Shown: positions 19,678-29,885 of the stretch, one piece after another
Layout of the letters: every line of letters begins with the position of its first letter
Position numbering within the stretch: position 1 is the stretch's first letter
Assembly (NCBI GenBank): GCA_026004615.1
Contig: BPJM01000013.1
Span: 8,874 to 72,873, forward strand
Length of the DNA stretch: 64,000 nucleotides
Direction of reading: 5' to 3'
Source of the DNA: Planctomycetota bacterium
Lineage (GTDB): Bacteria; Planctomycetota; J058; J103
Made by a program: the position numbers and the translations under genes
Notes under the pieces: generated by a model
What the model saw: the letters and a program-made list of their open reading frames with translations, nothing else
Database searches by the model: none
What the model was told of the DNA's origin: nothing

Positions 19678-19898
19678 CGGCGCGTCTCGGACCTCCGGGC
19701 GGCAGGCCCGCGCAGCGCGGACTCGGGCCGGCCAATCATACCCCCGGGCCCCCACGGGGCAAGGCGGCCGGCCTTGATGCGCATCGGGGGCGCAGTAGGA
19801 TCCGCGGTGCTCGCGGCGGGCGCGGGGCGCGCCGGGGCAGCCCGAGCCGCCGCCGCGGCGCCCGGGCGGTGGCGCGGCGCGCGGCGGGGGGTTGGGCG

Positions 19899-21293
19899 AT
19901 GCGCGGCTCGGGATCGGCATGCGGCGCGCGGGCCCCAAGGCGGGCGGCGCGCGGGCTGGCCGGGGCGATCTGCGTGCTCGTGCTGGCGGCCGGCACGGCG
20001 CGCGCGCAGCCGCAGCAGCAGGCCCCGGCCGAGCCGGACCCGCTGCTCGAGGCCGCGGGTGCGGTGGCGGCGGCGATCGCGCCCACCCCGAGCGCCGAGC
20101 TGGCCCGCCACTTCGGGCCACACCTGCTGGCGGCGCTGCCCTGGGAACGGCTGGCGGCGCTGACCGCGGCCCTGCACGAGCGGCACGGTGCGGTCGAGCG
20201 CCTGGAGCTGCTCGAGCGCGAGGGCGGCAAGGGGCGGTTTCTGTTCCACCTGCAGGACGGCGCGGCGCTGCCGGTCACCATCGTGCTCAAGGGCGAGCCG
20301 GGCCGGATCGAGGGGTTGTGGTTCGGGGTGGCACGGCCGCGCGCGGACAGCGTCGCGGCGGTGCTCGCCGAGCTGGCGGCGCTGCCCGGTCAGCCCGGGG
20401 CGGCGGTGCTCGAGGTCGGCGCGCGGCCGGAGGATGATGCGGTGCTGCACGCGCTCGCTGCCGAGCGGCGAGCTGCGCTGGGCAGCGCGTGCAAGCTGTA
20501 TGTCCTCGGGGCGCTGCTGGACGAGATCGCCGCCGGACGCCGCCGCTGGGACGAGGTGGTGCAGCTGTCCGAGGCGCACCGTTCCCTGCCTTCGGGGCTG
20601 TTGCAGGACTGGCCCGCCGGCACGCCGGTGACGGTCGCGAGTCTCGCCGCCCTCATGATCGCGCGCAGCGACAACACCGCGACGGACCAGCTGCTCGCGT
20701 TGCTCGGGCGCGAGCGCCTGGAGGCGCAGCTCGCCCGCATGGGGCATGGCGCGCCGGCGCGCACGCTGCCGTGGTTGGCGACGCGCGAGCTGTTCCTGTT
20801 GCGCGGGGACCAGGCGCTGGCGCGCCGCTACCGCGAGGCCGATCTCGCAGGCCGGCGGGCGTTGCTGCAGGCGCTCGGGGGGCGCATGCCCGATCCGGGC
20901 TCGCTACCGGTCCAGCCGCAGGACATCGACGCCATCGAATGGTTCGCCTCCCCGCGGGAGCTGTGCGCCGCCATGGCGTGGCTGTGGCGCCGCACGGCCG
21001 AGCAGGAGCTGGCACTGGGGCGGGCGCTGCTCGCCATCAACCCGGGGCCCGCCGCCGGCGAGCAGCGCGACTGGCGGTACGCCGGCTTCAAGGGCGGCTC
21101 CGAGCCGGGTGTGCTCTGCCTGGCGCTGCTGTTGCAACACCGAGGAGGGCGCACCTTCGCGGTGGCCGCGAGCTGGAACGATCCGCAGCGCGCGCTCGAT
21201 GAGCAGGCGTTCGTGGCGCTGTGCGTGCGCCTGCTCCACGCGCTGGCCGTGGAGCTGGAGGCCGCCGGCCGCGGGGCAGCGGGCGAGCGCTGA
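19899..21293 (+). CDS. exported class-A beta-lactamase-like serine hydrolase with extra N-terminal domain
   Basis: ATG 19899; leader GAICVLVLAAGTARA; SACK (SxxK), SDN, KGG (KTG-like) motifs in order. Confidence 0.75.
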   Translation: MRGSGSACGARAPRRAARGLAGAICVLVLAAGTARAQPQQQAPAEPDPLLEAAGAVAAAIAPTPSAELARHFGPHLLAALPWERLAALTAALHERHGAVERLELLEREGGKGRFLFHLQDGAALPVTIVLKGEPGRIEGLWFGVARPRADSVAAVLAELAALPGQPGAAVLEVGARPEDDAVLHALAAERRAALGSACKLYVLGALLDEIAAGRRRWDEVVQLSEAHRSLPSGLLQDWPAGTPVTVASLAALMIARSDNTATDQLLALLGRERLEAQLARMGHGAPARTLPWLATRELFLLRGDQALARRYREADLAGRRALLQALGGRMPDPGSLPVQPQDIDAIEWFASPRELCAAMAWLWRRTAEQELALGRALLAINPGPAAGEQRDWRYAGFKGGSEPGVLCLALLLQHRGGRTFAVAASWNDPQRALDEQAFVALCVRLLHALAVELEAAGRGAAGER

Positions 21294-21396
21294 GCGAGCC
21301 GGTCCGCGCGCGCAGAAGGGTGTGCCGGCTCGGGGGCCGGGCGCCGGCTCGCCGTGTTGTGCTGGTTCGCCCTGCCCTGCTATCATCGGCGCGCTC

Positions 21397-21678
21397 GTGC
21401 TCACCGCTGGCGGAGGATCGAGCTTGCCCGCGCCGTCCGGACCGGAGCGCGCGCAGGAGCTGGCGCTCGCGGCGGAACTCCTGGAGATCCGCTCGCCCGC
21501 CGAGGAGTACCGGCGGCTGGTGCAGGCGCGCATGGAGGCGCTGGCGCGGCTCGGCGAGGAGCCGGGCGGCGCCGGTGCGGGATCCGGGCTCGCCGGGATG
21601 GCCGGCGCGGCGCGCCTGGATCTGTATGCGGCGGCGCTCGAGCTGGGGCTGGCCGCGATCGAGAGGGCCGGGCGGTGA
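21397..21678 (+). CDS. small hypothetical protein translationally coupled to the ATPase gene (start uncertain)
   Basis: frame of ORF 20746..21678 downstream of the hydrolase stop; GTG 21397; stop overlaps next start (GTGA 21675-21678); no motifs. Confidence 0.3.
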   Translation: MLTAGGGSSLPAPSGPERAQELALAAELLEIRSPAEEYRRLVQARMEALARLGEEPGGAGAGSGLAGMAGAARLDLYAAALELGLAAIERAGR

Positions 21679-24642
21679 TCCTGCGGCGCCTGGTGGCGCG
21701 CGGCTTCATGCGCTACGAGCACCTGGAGCTGGGCCCGCTGCCCGCGCGCGGGCTCGTCGCGATCGTCGGCGCCAACGAGTCCGGCAAGAGCACCATCGGC
21801 GAGGCGATCAGCTTTGCGCTGTTCGGCGAGACGGTCAAGAGCCGCGCCACCGACCTCTCCCAGGTGGTCTCCTGGGACGCCGAGCGCGCGGAGGTGGTGC
21901 TGGAGATCGACGCCGGGCGCGGGGGGATCCTGAAGATCGAGCGCACCGCCGACCGGCGGGGCTTGCACCAGGCGTGCCTGCGCGGTGCGGGCGGCGAGGT
22001 GTTGGCCGAGGGGCCGGCGGAGGTCGCGGCGGCGGTGCGGAGCCGCTTCGGGCTCGGCTTCCAGGAGTTTCGCGCCAGCATGTACCTGGCGCAGGGCGAG
22101 CTGCGCGCGCTGCTGCCGGCGGGCGTGCAGCCAGAGGCCGGCGAGGACGGCGCCGGCATGGTTGCGGGGGCGGCGGGGCGAGCGGAGGGCGGGCCCGCCG
22201 CCGTGGAGGAGATCCTCGGCCTGGGCGTGCTGCGCCGTGCCGCCGCCGAGGTGCGCGCGGGGCTGCCGCGCCAGACAGCGCGCCGTGATGAGCTGGAGCG
22301 AGAGCTCGCGATCGCCCGGGCGCTGCTCGAGACCTACGGCGCCGAACCGGAGGCCGAGGACGGGCTGCGCGCGGAGATCGAGGAGCTGGAGCGCGAGTAC
22401 GAGAGCGCGGACGCGCTGCTGCCGCACGCCCGCGAGCGGCTGCAGGCGCTGGAGCGCGCGGTGCGAGCGCGCGGTGCGGTGGGCGAGGCGTTCGCCCGCC
22501 TGGAGCGGGCGCTGGCGGCGCGGCGCGCGGCCCGGGAGGCCGACCGCCTCGGGACGCGGCTGGCGGCGCTGGTCCGCGGACTGGCCGAGGAGCGCGAGCG
22601 GCTGGAGCGCGAGATCGCGCACGCGGGCCGGCAGCTCGAGCAGGCCCGGCAGCGGATCGACCGCCTGATCGACTACCAGCAGCGGATGGCGGAGCTGCAG
22701 GCGCGGCTGGATCTGTACGCCGCCGAGGTCCGGCGCCGGCTCGAGGCCCCCGAGGTCGGCCGAGGAGGACCTGGTGGCGCTGGAGGGGCTCGCGATGCCG
22801 GCGACGCCGGCGGCGGCGCTGCGGCTGGCGGAGGTGCGGGCGGCGCGCCTGCGGCGGTCGCGCAACCGGGCGCTGGGGCGCATGGCGATCTTCGCGCTGC
22901 TGGCGTTGCTGTTCCTGCTGGTGGGCGGCCCGGCGCTGATGGAGGTGCTGCCGCCGCGCGAGCTGCGGCCGGCCGAGGGGCTGTCGCGCGTGGTCGGCCA
23001 GGCGGTGCGCGCGCTCGCCGAGGCCGGCAGCCTGCGCGAGCGGCGGCTGTGGGTGGCGCTGGCGGTCGGCGGGTGCGGCGGCGGGGTGCTGTTCGCCGTG
23101 CTGGCGCTGCTGCAGCTGCGCGCCGCCCGCCAGCGCCACGAGCTGCTCGATCTGGCGCGGGAGGGACGCGCGCGCCTGGAAGAAGAGGTACGCGCGCTGA
23201 GCGCGGAACACGAGGTGCTGGGGGAGCTGGATCTGCGGCGCCCGCTGGAGTTCGCCGAGCGCGTGCGGCGGTTGCGCAACGCCGAGCTGCGCGAGGCGTT
23301 CGAGCAGATCCGCGAGCTGTACAACGACCTCATGAGCGAGCCGGTCCAGCGCGCGGAACTGCTGCGGCGCGAGCGGGCGCTGGAGGCGCACCGGCGCGAT
23401 GCGCTGGCGGCGCTCCAGGAGCGGCGGATCCGGTGCGAGCGGTTGCTGGCGCTCCTGCCGCGGCCGGGGGAGGGCTGCCTGCCGGCGGAGGTGGAGCCGG
23501 CGGGGGTGCCGGAGGCCCTGGAGTCGCTGGAGAGCGAGGCGCTGCGGCTGCTCGATGCGTACGAGCGCGCGCGGCGCTGCCTGGAGCAGCACGAGCGGCT
23601 GGCCGAGGGGGCCGTGCCGGCCGAGCAGCTCGGGCAGCTCCAGGCCGAGCTCGAGGCGGTGGCGGCGGCGCTCAGGAGCGCCGGCGAGGCCGGCGGCACG
23701 GCCGGCCCCGCTGCCGGGGCGGCCGCGGGGCCGGGTGGGCGCGGGGGCGCCGAGGCGGCGGCGCTGCGCCGCTTCGTGGCCGAGCAGGGGCTCGCGGAGC
23801 TGGTGCGCGAGCCGGAGGCGGTCCCGCTCGCGGAGCTGCAACAGCGGCTCGGCGAACAGGCGGCTCTGCTCCAGCGCCTGCTGCCACCGGCGGCGGCGCT
23901 GCTCGCCGAGCGCGAGGCGGCCGAGCGCGCGCTCGGCGAGGTGCTGGCGCGGCAGCAGCGCGCGGCGGCGCGGCTCCAGATGCTGCGGGGCCGCCTGGCC
24001 GAGAGCGAGCGGCGGCGGCGCGCGCGCCAGGAGTGTGAGCTGCGCATCCAGGCGCTGGAGCGCGAGCTCGGACCGCTGCAGCACGAGATCCAGGTGCGCG
24101 AGCTGGCGTACGAGCTGCTGCAGGAGTGCGCGGCGCAGCTGCGGCGCCGGCTCGGGCCCATGCTCGGGCGATTCGTCGCTGCGGTGCTGCCGCGGCTGAC
24201 CGGCGGGCGCTACCGGCGCGTGCGGGTGCTGCCGGGTCTGGAGCTGCGGGTCTACTCACCGGACAAGAACGACTTCGTGCCGCTGGTGGACCTGTCGGCC
24301 GGGGCGGCGGACCAGCTCCTGCTCGTGCTGCGGCTCGCGGTCAGCGCCGCGCTCGCGCGCGCGAGGGGGCCGGCCGAGGGGCAGCGCTTCTTGTTCCTCG
24401 ACGAGCCGCTGGCCTCTTCGGACGAGGAGCGCGCGCAGTGGTTCCTGCAGATCCTGGAGGAGTTGCAGCCGCTGTTCCCGCAGGTCTTCCTGGTGGCGCA
24501 CCTGCCGCTGCGGGGGATGGCGCATCGCTTCGCGCTCGTGGTGCCGACCGAGGTCGGGCAGCGCACCCTGCGGGTGGGGCTGGCCGAGGGCGAACCGGCA
24601 GCCGGCGCGACCGCGAAGGCCACGGCGGGCGGCACGGGGTGA
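21675..24642 (+). CDS. YhaN/SbcC-like SMC-type ATPase with central TM hairpin; interrupted as assembled by a +1 frame change near 22747-22759
   Basis: N-terminal part in frame of ORF 21354..24038 (LVAIVGANESGKST Walker A, coiled coil); C-terminal part in ORF 22774..24642 (two TM helices, coiled coil, LSAGAADQLLLVLRLA signature, FLFLDEPLASSDEE Walker B, LVAHLP). Confidence 0.75.
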
Positions 24643-24704
24643 GCGGCGGCCGCGTGGGCGCACGCGCCCGAGGGTGAGGGTAGCAGCGAGGTGGGGGCGG
24701 AGCG

Positions 24705-25184
24705 ATGGCCGAGCCGGTAGAGTTGCCGAGGTGGGTGGAGCGCGCCGGCGGGCTGTGTTTCCGCTGCACGGGCTGCGGGCGGTGCTGCGAGGGGCCGCAG
24801 GGCTACGTGTGGCTGGAGGAGGGGGATGTCCAGCGGCTGGCGCGGCACCTCGGGATGGAGCTCCATGCCTTCGGCCGCCGCTACGTGCGCCGGGTGAACG
24901 GCGAGCTGGCGCTGCTCGACCAGAGCAACGGGGACTGCATCTTCTACCGGCGGGGACGCGGCTGCACCGTGTATCCGGCGCGGCCGCGGCAGTGCCGGAC
25001 CTATCCCTTCTGGCCGGAGATCGTGCGCAACGCGGGGAGCTGGCGGGCGGAGGCCGAGCGCTGTCCGGGGATCGGCTTCGTCGCGGCCGAGGCGGCGGGC
25101 GGTGCCCCGGCGCGGCTGAGCCCGGCGCGCGTGCTGGCGCTCTTGCGGGCACAGGCGGGCCAGGGCCCGGAGCGGGAGGTCTAG
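24705..25184 (+). CDS. YkgJ-family cysteine-cluster (Fe-S/zinc) protein
   Basis: 159 aa; CFRCTGCGRCCEG ... CIFY ... GCTVYPARPRQCRTYPFWP. Confidence 0.85.
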   Translation: MAEPVELPRWVERAGGLCFRCTGCGRCCEGPQGYVWLEEGDVQRLARHLGMELHAFGRRYVRRVNGELALLDQSNGDCIFYRRGRGCTVYPARPRQCRTYPFWPEIVRNAGSWRAEAERCPGIGFVAAEAAGGAPARLSPARVLALLRAQAGQGPEREV

Positions 25185-25193
25185 CGCTCGCGA

Positions 25194-25814
25194 TTGAAGC
25201 AGCAGCCGCGGGAGCGCCAGCCGAGCCTGCTCGCGGGCGAGCCGACCCCGCAGGCGCGCCAGCTCGGTTACGTGCACGTGTACTACGGCGGCGGCAAGGG
25301 CAAGACCACCGCGGCCATCGGGCTGGCGGTGCGGGCGCTGGGGGCCGGCTACCGGGTGCGGTTCATCCAGTTCGACAAGGGGCACGATCCCGAGCGGGGC
25401 GAGCACTACAGCGAGCGGGTGGTGCTGCGCCGGCTGGAGGGGCTGGAGCTGGAGGTTACCGGCTGCGAGCGCATCCAGGCCGACGGTAGCTTCCGCTTCG
25501 GGGTCGAGCAGGCCGACCGCGCCGAGGCCGAGCGCGGGCTCGGGCTGGCGCAGCAGGCGGTCAGCTCGGGACGCTGGGATCTGGTGGTGCTCGACGAGAT
25601 CCTGGGGGCGCTCGCCTACGGCCTGGTCGAGGAATCCGAGGTGCTGGCGGTCCTGGACGCGCACGCGGCCGCGGGGCGGCGGTGCGAGCTGGTGCTGACC
25701 GGGCACAAGCTCACCGACGCCATCAAGGAGCGGGCCGATCTCGTAACCCACATGCGCAAGATCAAGCACTACTTCGATCGGGGTGTCCCGGCCCGGCTGG
25801 GCATCGAGTTCTGA
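25194..25814 (+). CDS. cobO: cob(I)yrinic acid a,c-diamide adenosyltransferase
   Basis: TTG 25194 (start uncertain); VHVYYGGGKGKTTAAIGLAVRALG P-loop, LVVLDEI, HYFDRGVPARLGIEF. Confidence 0.85.
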   Translation: MKQQPRERQPSLLAGEPTPQARQLGYVHVYYGGGKGKTTAAIGLAVRALGAGYRVRFIQFDKGHDPERGEHYSERVVLRRLEGLELEVTGCERIQADGSFRFGVEQADRAEAERGLGLAQQAVSSGRWDLVVLDEILGALAYGLVEESEVLAVLDAHAAAGRRCELVLTGHKLTDAIKERADLVTHMRKIKHYFDRGVPARLGIEF

Positions 25815-25830
25815 GAGGATAGCGGCTGCG

Positions 25831-26862
<1,032 letters not shown>

Positions 26863-26931
26863 GGCGTGTGCGCCGCGGGGGAGCGCTCTGGCGGCCGCGG
26901 TGGAGTTCGTGGCGGGGAGGGTGGGGGAGCG

Positions 26932-27616
26932 ATGGGGGGCGAGCGGCTGGTGCTCCCGCCGCGGGAGCGGCGGGTGCTCGGGGTCCTGCTGGAGAAGGAG
27001 CTGGCGACGCCCGCGTACTATCCGCTGACGGTGAACGCTGCCACCAGCTCCTGCAACCAGAAGAGCAACCGCGATCCGGTCACGGAGTACACCGAGGCGG
27101 AGGTCGAGGACGCGCTTGAGCAGCTGCGCGCGCGCGGGCTGGCGAGCGCGGTCTTCCCGGCCGGCGGGCGGGTGGCGAAATGGCGCCATCTGGTGCGCGA
27201 GGCGCTGGGGCTGGAGGCGGCGGCGCGCGCGGTGCTGGCGGAGCTGCTCCTGCGCGGCCCGCAGACCCCTGGGGAGCTGCGCGCGCGCGCCTCGCGCATG
27301 CGGCCGCTGGCCGACCTGCCGGCGTTGCAGCAGGCGATCGAGCAGCTGGCGGGCCACGACCCGCCGCTGGTCACGCAGCTGGGGACCGCCGGCTCCCGGC
27401 GCGCGGTCCGTTACGCGCACACCCTGTACCCGGAGGAGGAGCTCGCCGCGCTCGGGGGTGGCGCCGGCCGGGCCGGTCGCCGAGGGCGCCGCCGGCGCGG
27501 CGGGAGCGCCGCCGGTTGCGGAGGCGGAGTCGCTACGGGCAGCGTTGCAGGCGCTGGAGCGCCGGGTGGCGCGGCTGGAGGCACACCTGGGGCTCGGCGC
27601 GCCGCCGGCGGGATGA
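26932..27616 (+). CDS. YceH/DUF480-family protein; interrupted as assembled by a +1 frame change in a G5 run (27454-27458)
   Basis: ATG 26932; RERRVLGVLLEKELATPAYYPLTVNA... and second winged-helix-like half in ORF 26866..27705; family-typical coiled-coil tail ESLRAALQALERRVARLEAHLG is in the +1 frame (ORF 27116..27616). Confidence 0.75.
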
Positions 27617-27688
27617 ACGGCCCCGCGGAAGGGCTCACGGTCCGCGAGAGCGCCGCAGCGCGGTCCGGGCGGTCGGAGGGGGAGTGGG

Positions 27689-28325
27689 ATGCCGGCGTGG
27701 CGTGACACGGTCGCAGGCGGCTCTGGCGCGGGGCCGGGGGCAGGAGATGGCCGGGCGGCGGCGGGCGTGAGCCGTCGCCGCCGGGGCGTGGCGCCTGGCT
27801 GCTGCCGCAGCGCGGTGGCGCTCGCCCTGCTCGCGTGCCACTTCGGCGGGACGGGGTGCGCGGCGCCGGGGCGGCTGGTGCTGGAGAGTCCCCTCGCCGG
27901 CAGCGGCGGGATCTTCCGCGACGCCTACCTGGAGGTCCGACTCGCCGGCACGACCGAGCGGCTGGAGGCGACGATCGCGAACCTGAGCGGGGGGGATGGT
28001 GTACCTGCACTGGGAGCGGGCGGTGCTGGTCGATCCGCTCGGCGGCCAGCACGCGGTGGCGGCGTTCCGCGGCGAGCCGAGCACGGAGCTGCTGGACGGT
28101 GCTGGCCAGCCGCTCGGGCTCGGGCCGGGACAGACCTGGCATGGCACCGTGCATGCCCGGGACCGGCTCGGCCGCCGCTCGCGCGGGCAACTCCTGCTGC
28201 GGCCGCTGCTCTCCGGGGAGCAGGCCCGTCCGGGCGGCAAGCTCCGGCTGGTGCTGCCGGTCGACATCGGGGTGCGGCCGGCGGTCTACGAGTTCACCCT
28301 CGCGGTGCACGAGCCCGCCCCCTAG
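27689..28325 (+). CDS. small lipoprotein; interrupted as assembled by a +1 frame change in a G7 run (27989-27995)
   Basis: N-terminal part from ORF 27689..28702 (SAVALALLAC lipobox, start ATG 27689 or GTG 27767), continues ...EATIANLSGG / MVYLHWERAVLVDPLGG... in ORF 27996..28325. Confidence 0.5.
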
Positions 28326-28338
28326 CGGGAGGCACGCG

Positions 28339-29469
28339 GTGGAGCGCGGTGCGGGAGCTGCCCGCCGCCCGCAGCGGTGGCTCGTGGCTGGATGGCTCGG
28401 GCTGTTGGCGGCGGGCGGGGCCGGGGGCTGCTACTACGCGCAGCTCGCCGCGGGGCAGCTGCGGGTGCTGTGCGGCCGGGTGCCGCTCGCCGAGGCCGCG
28501 CGCGATCCCCGTCTGTCCGAAGAGGAGCGGCGGCTATTGCGACTCGCGCCAGCGGTGCTCGCGTTCGCGGATACCGTCATGGGCATGGAGCGCGCGGGGG
28601 CGTACGAGACGTTCTACGACACCGGTGCCGAAGCCGTCTCCTACAACGTGTCGGCCTGCGCGAAGACCTCCTTCCGGCGGGTGTTCTGGCGCTATCCGCT
28701 GATCGGCGCCATGCCCTACAAGGGCTACTTCGACCGCGCCGCGGCCGAGGCGGAGGCGGCGCGGCTCAGGGCGCAGGGGCTGGATGCGCGCGTGAGCGGG
28801 GTGGCGGCCTACTCCACCCTCGGCTGGTTCCGCGATCCCATCTTCCGCAGCATGCTGCGCGGGGGCGAGGTCTCCTTCGTGGTGACGCTGCTGCACGAGA
28901 TCGCCCATGCCACGGTGTTCCGGGACGGGGATGCCGCGTTCAATGAGAGCCTGGCCACCTTCGCCGGCGAGCAAGGCGCGCTCGATTTCTACGCAGCGCG
29001 CGACGGGGTGGGCTCGGCGGCCTGGCGGCGGGCGTGGGAGGAGATCCACGACCAGCGGGTGGTCGCGGCCGCCATGCGCGCGCTCTACCAGCGGCTGTGG
29101 CGTCTGTATGCGAGCCCGGTGAGCGAGGCGGACAAGCTCGCCGGGCGCGAGCGGATCTTCGAGGCGGCGCGCGGGCTGTTCGGGCGGCTGGTGCGCGAGC
29201 GGCTGCGCACCGGCCGCTGGGACTGGCTCGGGCGGCTCGCGCTGGACAACTGCGTGGTGCTCGCCTTCCAGACCTACCATGGCCGGCAGCGCCTCTTCGC
29301 GGAGGTCTACCGCCAGGTGGGTCGTGACTGGCGGCGGTTCTTCGCGGTGGTGCGCGAGGCCGCCCGCGCCCCCGCGCCGTTCCGCTGGCTGGACCGCTGG
29401 TCCCGGGGGCGCGAGCAGCTGCGCGCGCGGGCAGGGCGGGGAGAGGGCCGGAGCTTGCCGCCGGGATAG
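28339..29469 (+). CDS. zinc aminopeptidase-like protein (predicted-aminopeptidase family, HExxH)
   Basis: GTG 28339 with gggagg SD; TM/leader WLVAGWLGLLAAGGAGGC; VVTLLHEIAHATVF ... FNESLATFAG. Confidence 0.8.
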   Translation: MERGAGAARRPQRWLVAGWLGLLAAGGAGGCYYAQLAAGQLRVLCGRVPLAEAARDPRLSEEERRLLRLAPAVLAFADTVMGMERAGAYETFYDTGAEAVSYNVSACAKTSFRRVFWRYPLIGAMPYKGYFDRAAAEAEAARLRAQGLDARVSGVAAYSTLGWFRDPIFRSMLRGGEVSFVVTLLHEIAHATVFRDGDAAFNESLATFAGEQGALDFYAARDGVGSAAWRRAWEEIHDQRVVAAAMRALYQRLWRLYASPVSEADKLAGRERIFEAARGLFGRLVRERLRTGRWDWLGRLALDNCVVLAFQTYHGRQRLFAEVYRQVGRDWRRFFAVVREAARAPAPFRWLDRWSRGREQLRARAGRGEGRSLPPG

Positions 29470-29885
29470 GGCGCGGGCCGCCGGTGCACGAGCAGCACCA
29501 CCGGCCGGCCAACCACAGGTCCATGGCGTCCGGGTGCCGGCTCCGAGCGGGCGCGCAGGGCAGCGGCGGCGATCGCGCGGTGCGGGCCGGAGCTGCGTTG
29601 CGAACCGTTGCGCAGCAGCGGGGGCGAAAAGGCTTCGCCAGCCGAGATGCGCGCAGGCGCCGCGGAAAAACACCGGCGGTTCCGGCTGCCCGGCGGGTGG
29701 CGACGCGAAGGACAGCGCACGGGATACGGTCAGCGTCTCATCTCTGTGGGCGTTCGCCCACCAGGTGCTCGCCGGCGGCCACCCGTGGCGCCGGGCCAGG
29801 ACGGGCCGTTGCCCGCCGGCCCTCGAGAAAAGGCCATGGACCCGCAGCCGGGACCCGCGGAGCTCGCGGAGGAAGACGCGCGCGC

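Noticed and set aside
21354-24038. Reading the ATPase gene as one uninterrupted 894-aa frame-0 protein
   Set aside because: Beyond about 22760 this frame is pure Gly/Ala/Arg filler. The +1 frame carries the TM hairpin, coiled coil, ABC signature and Walker B. The region before 21675 is also filler.
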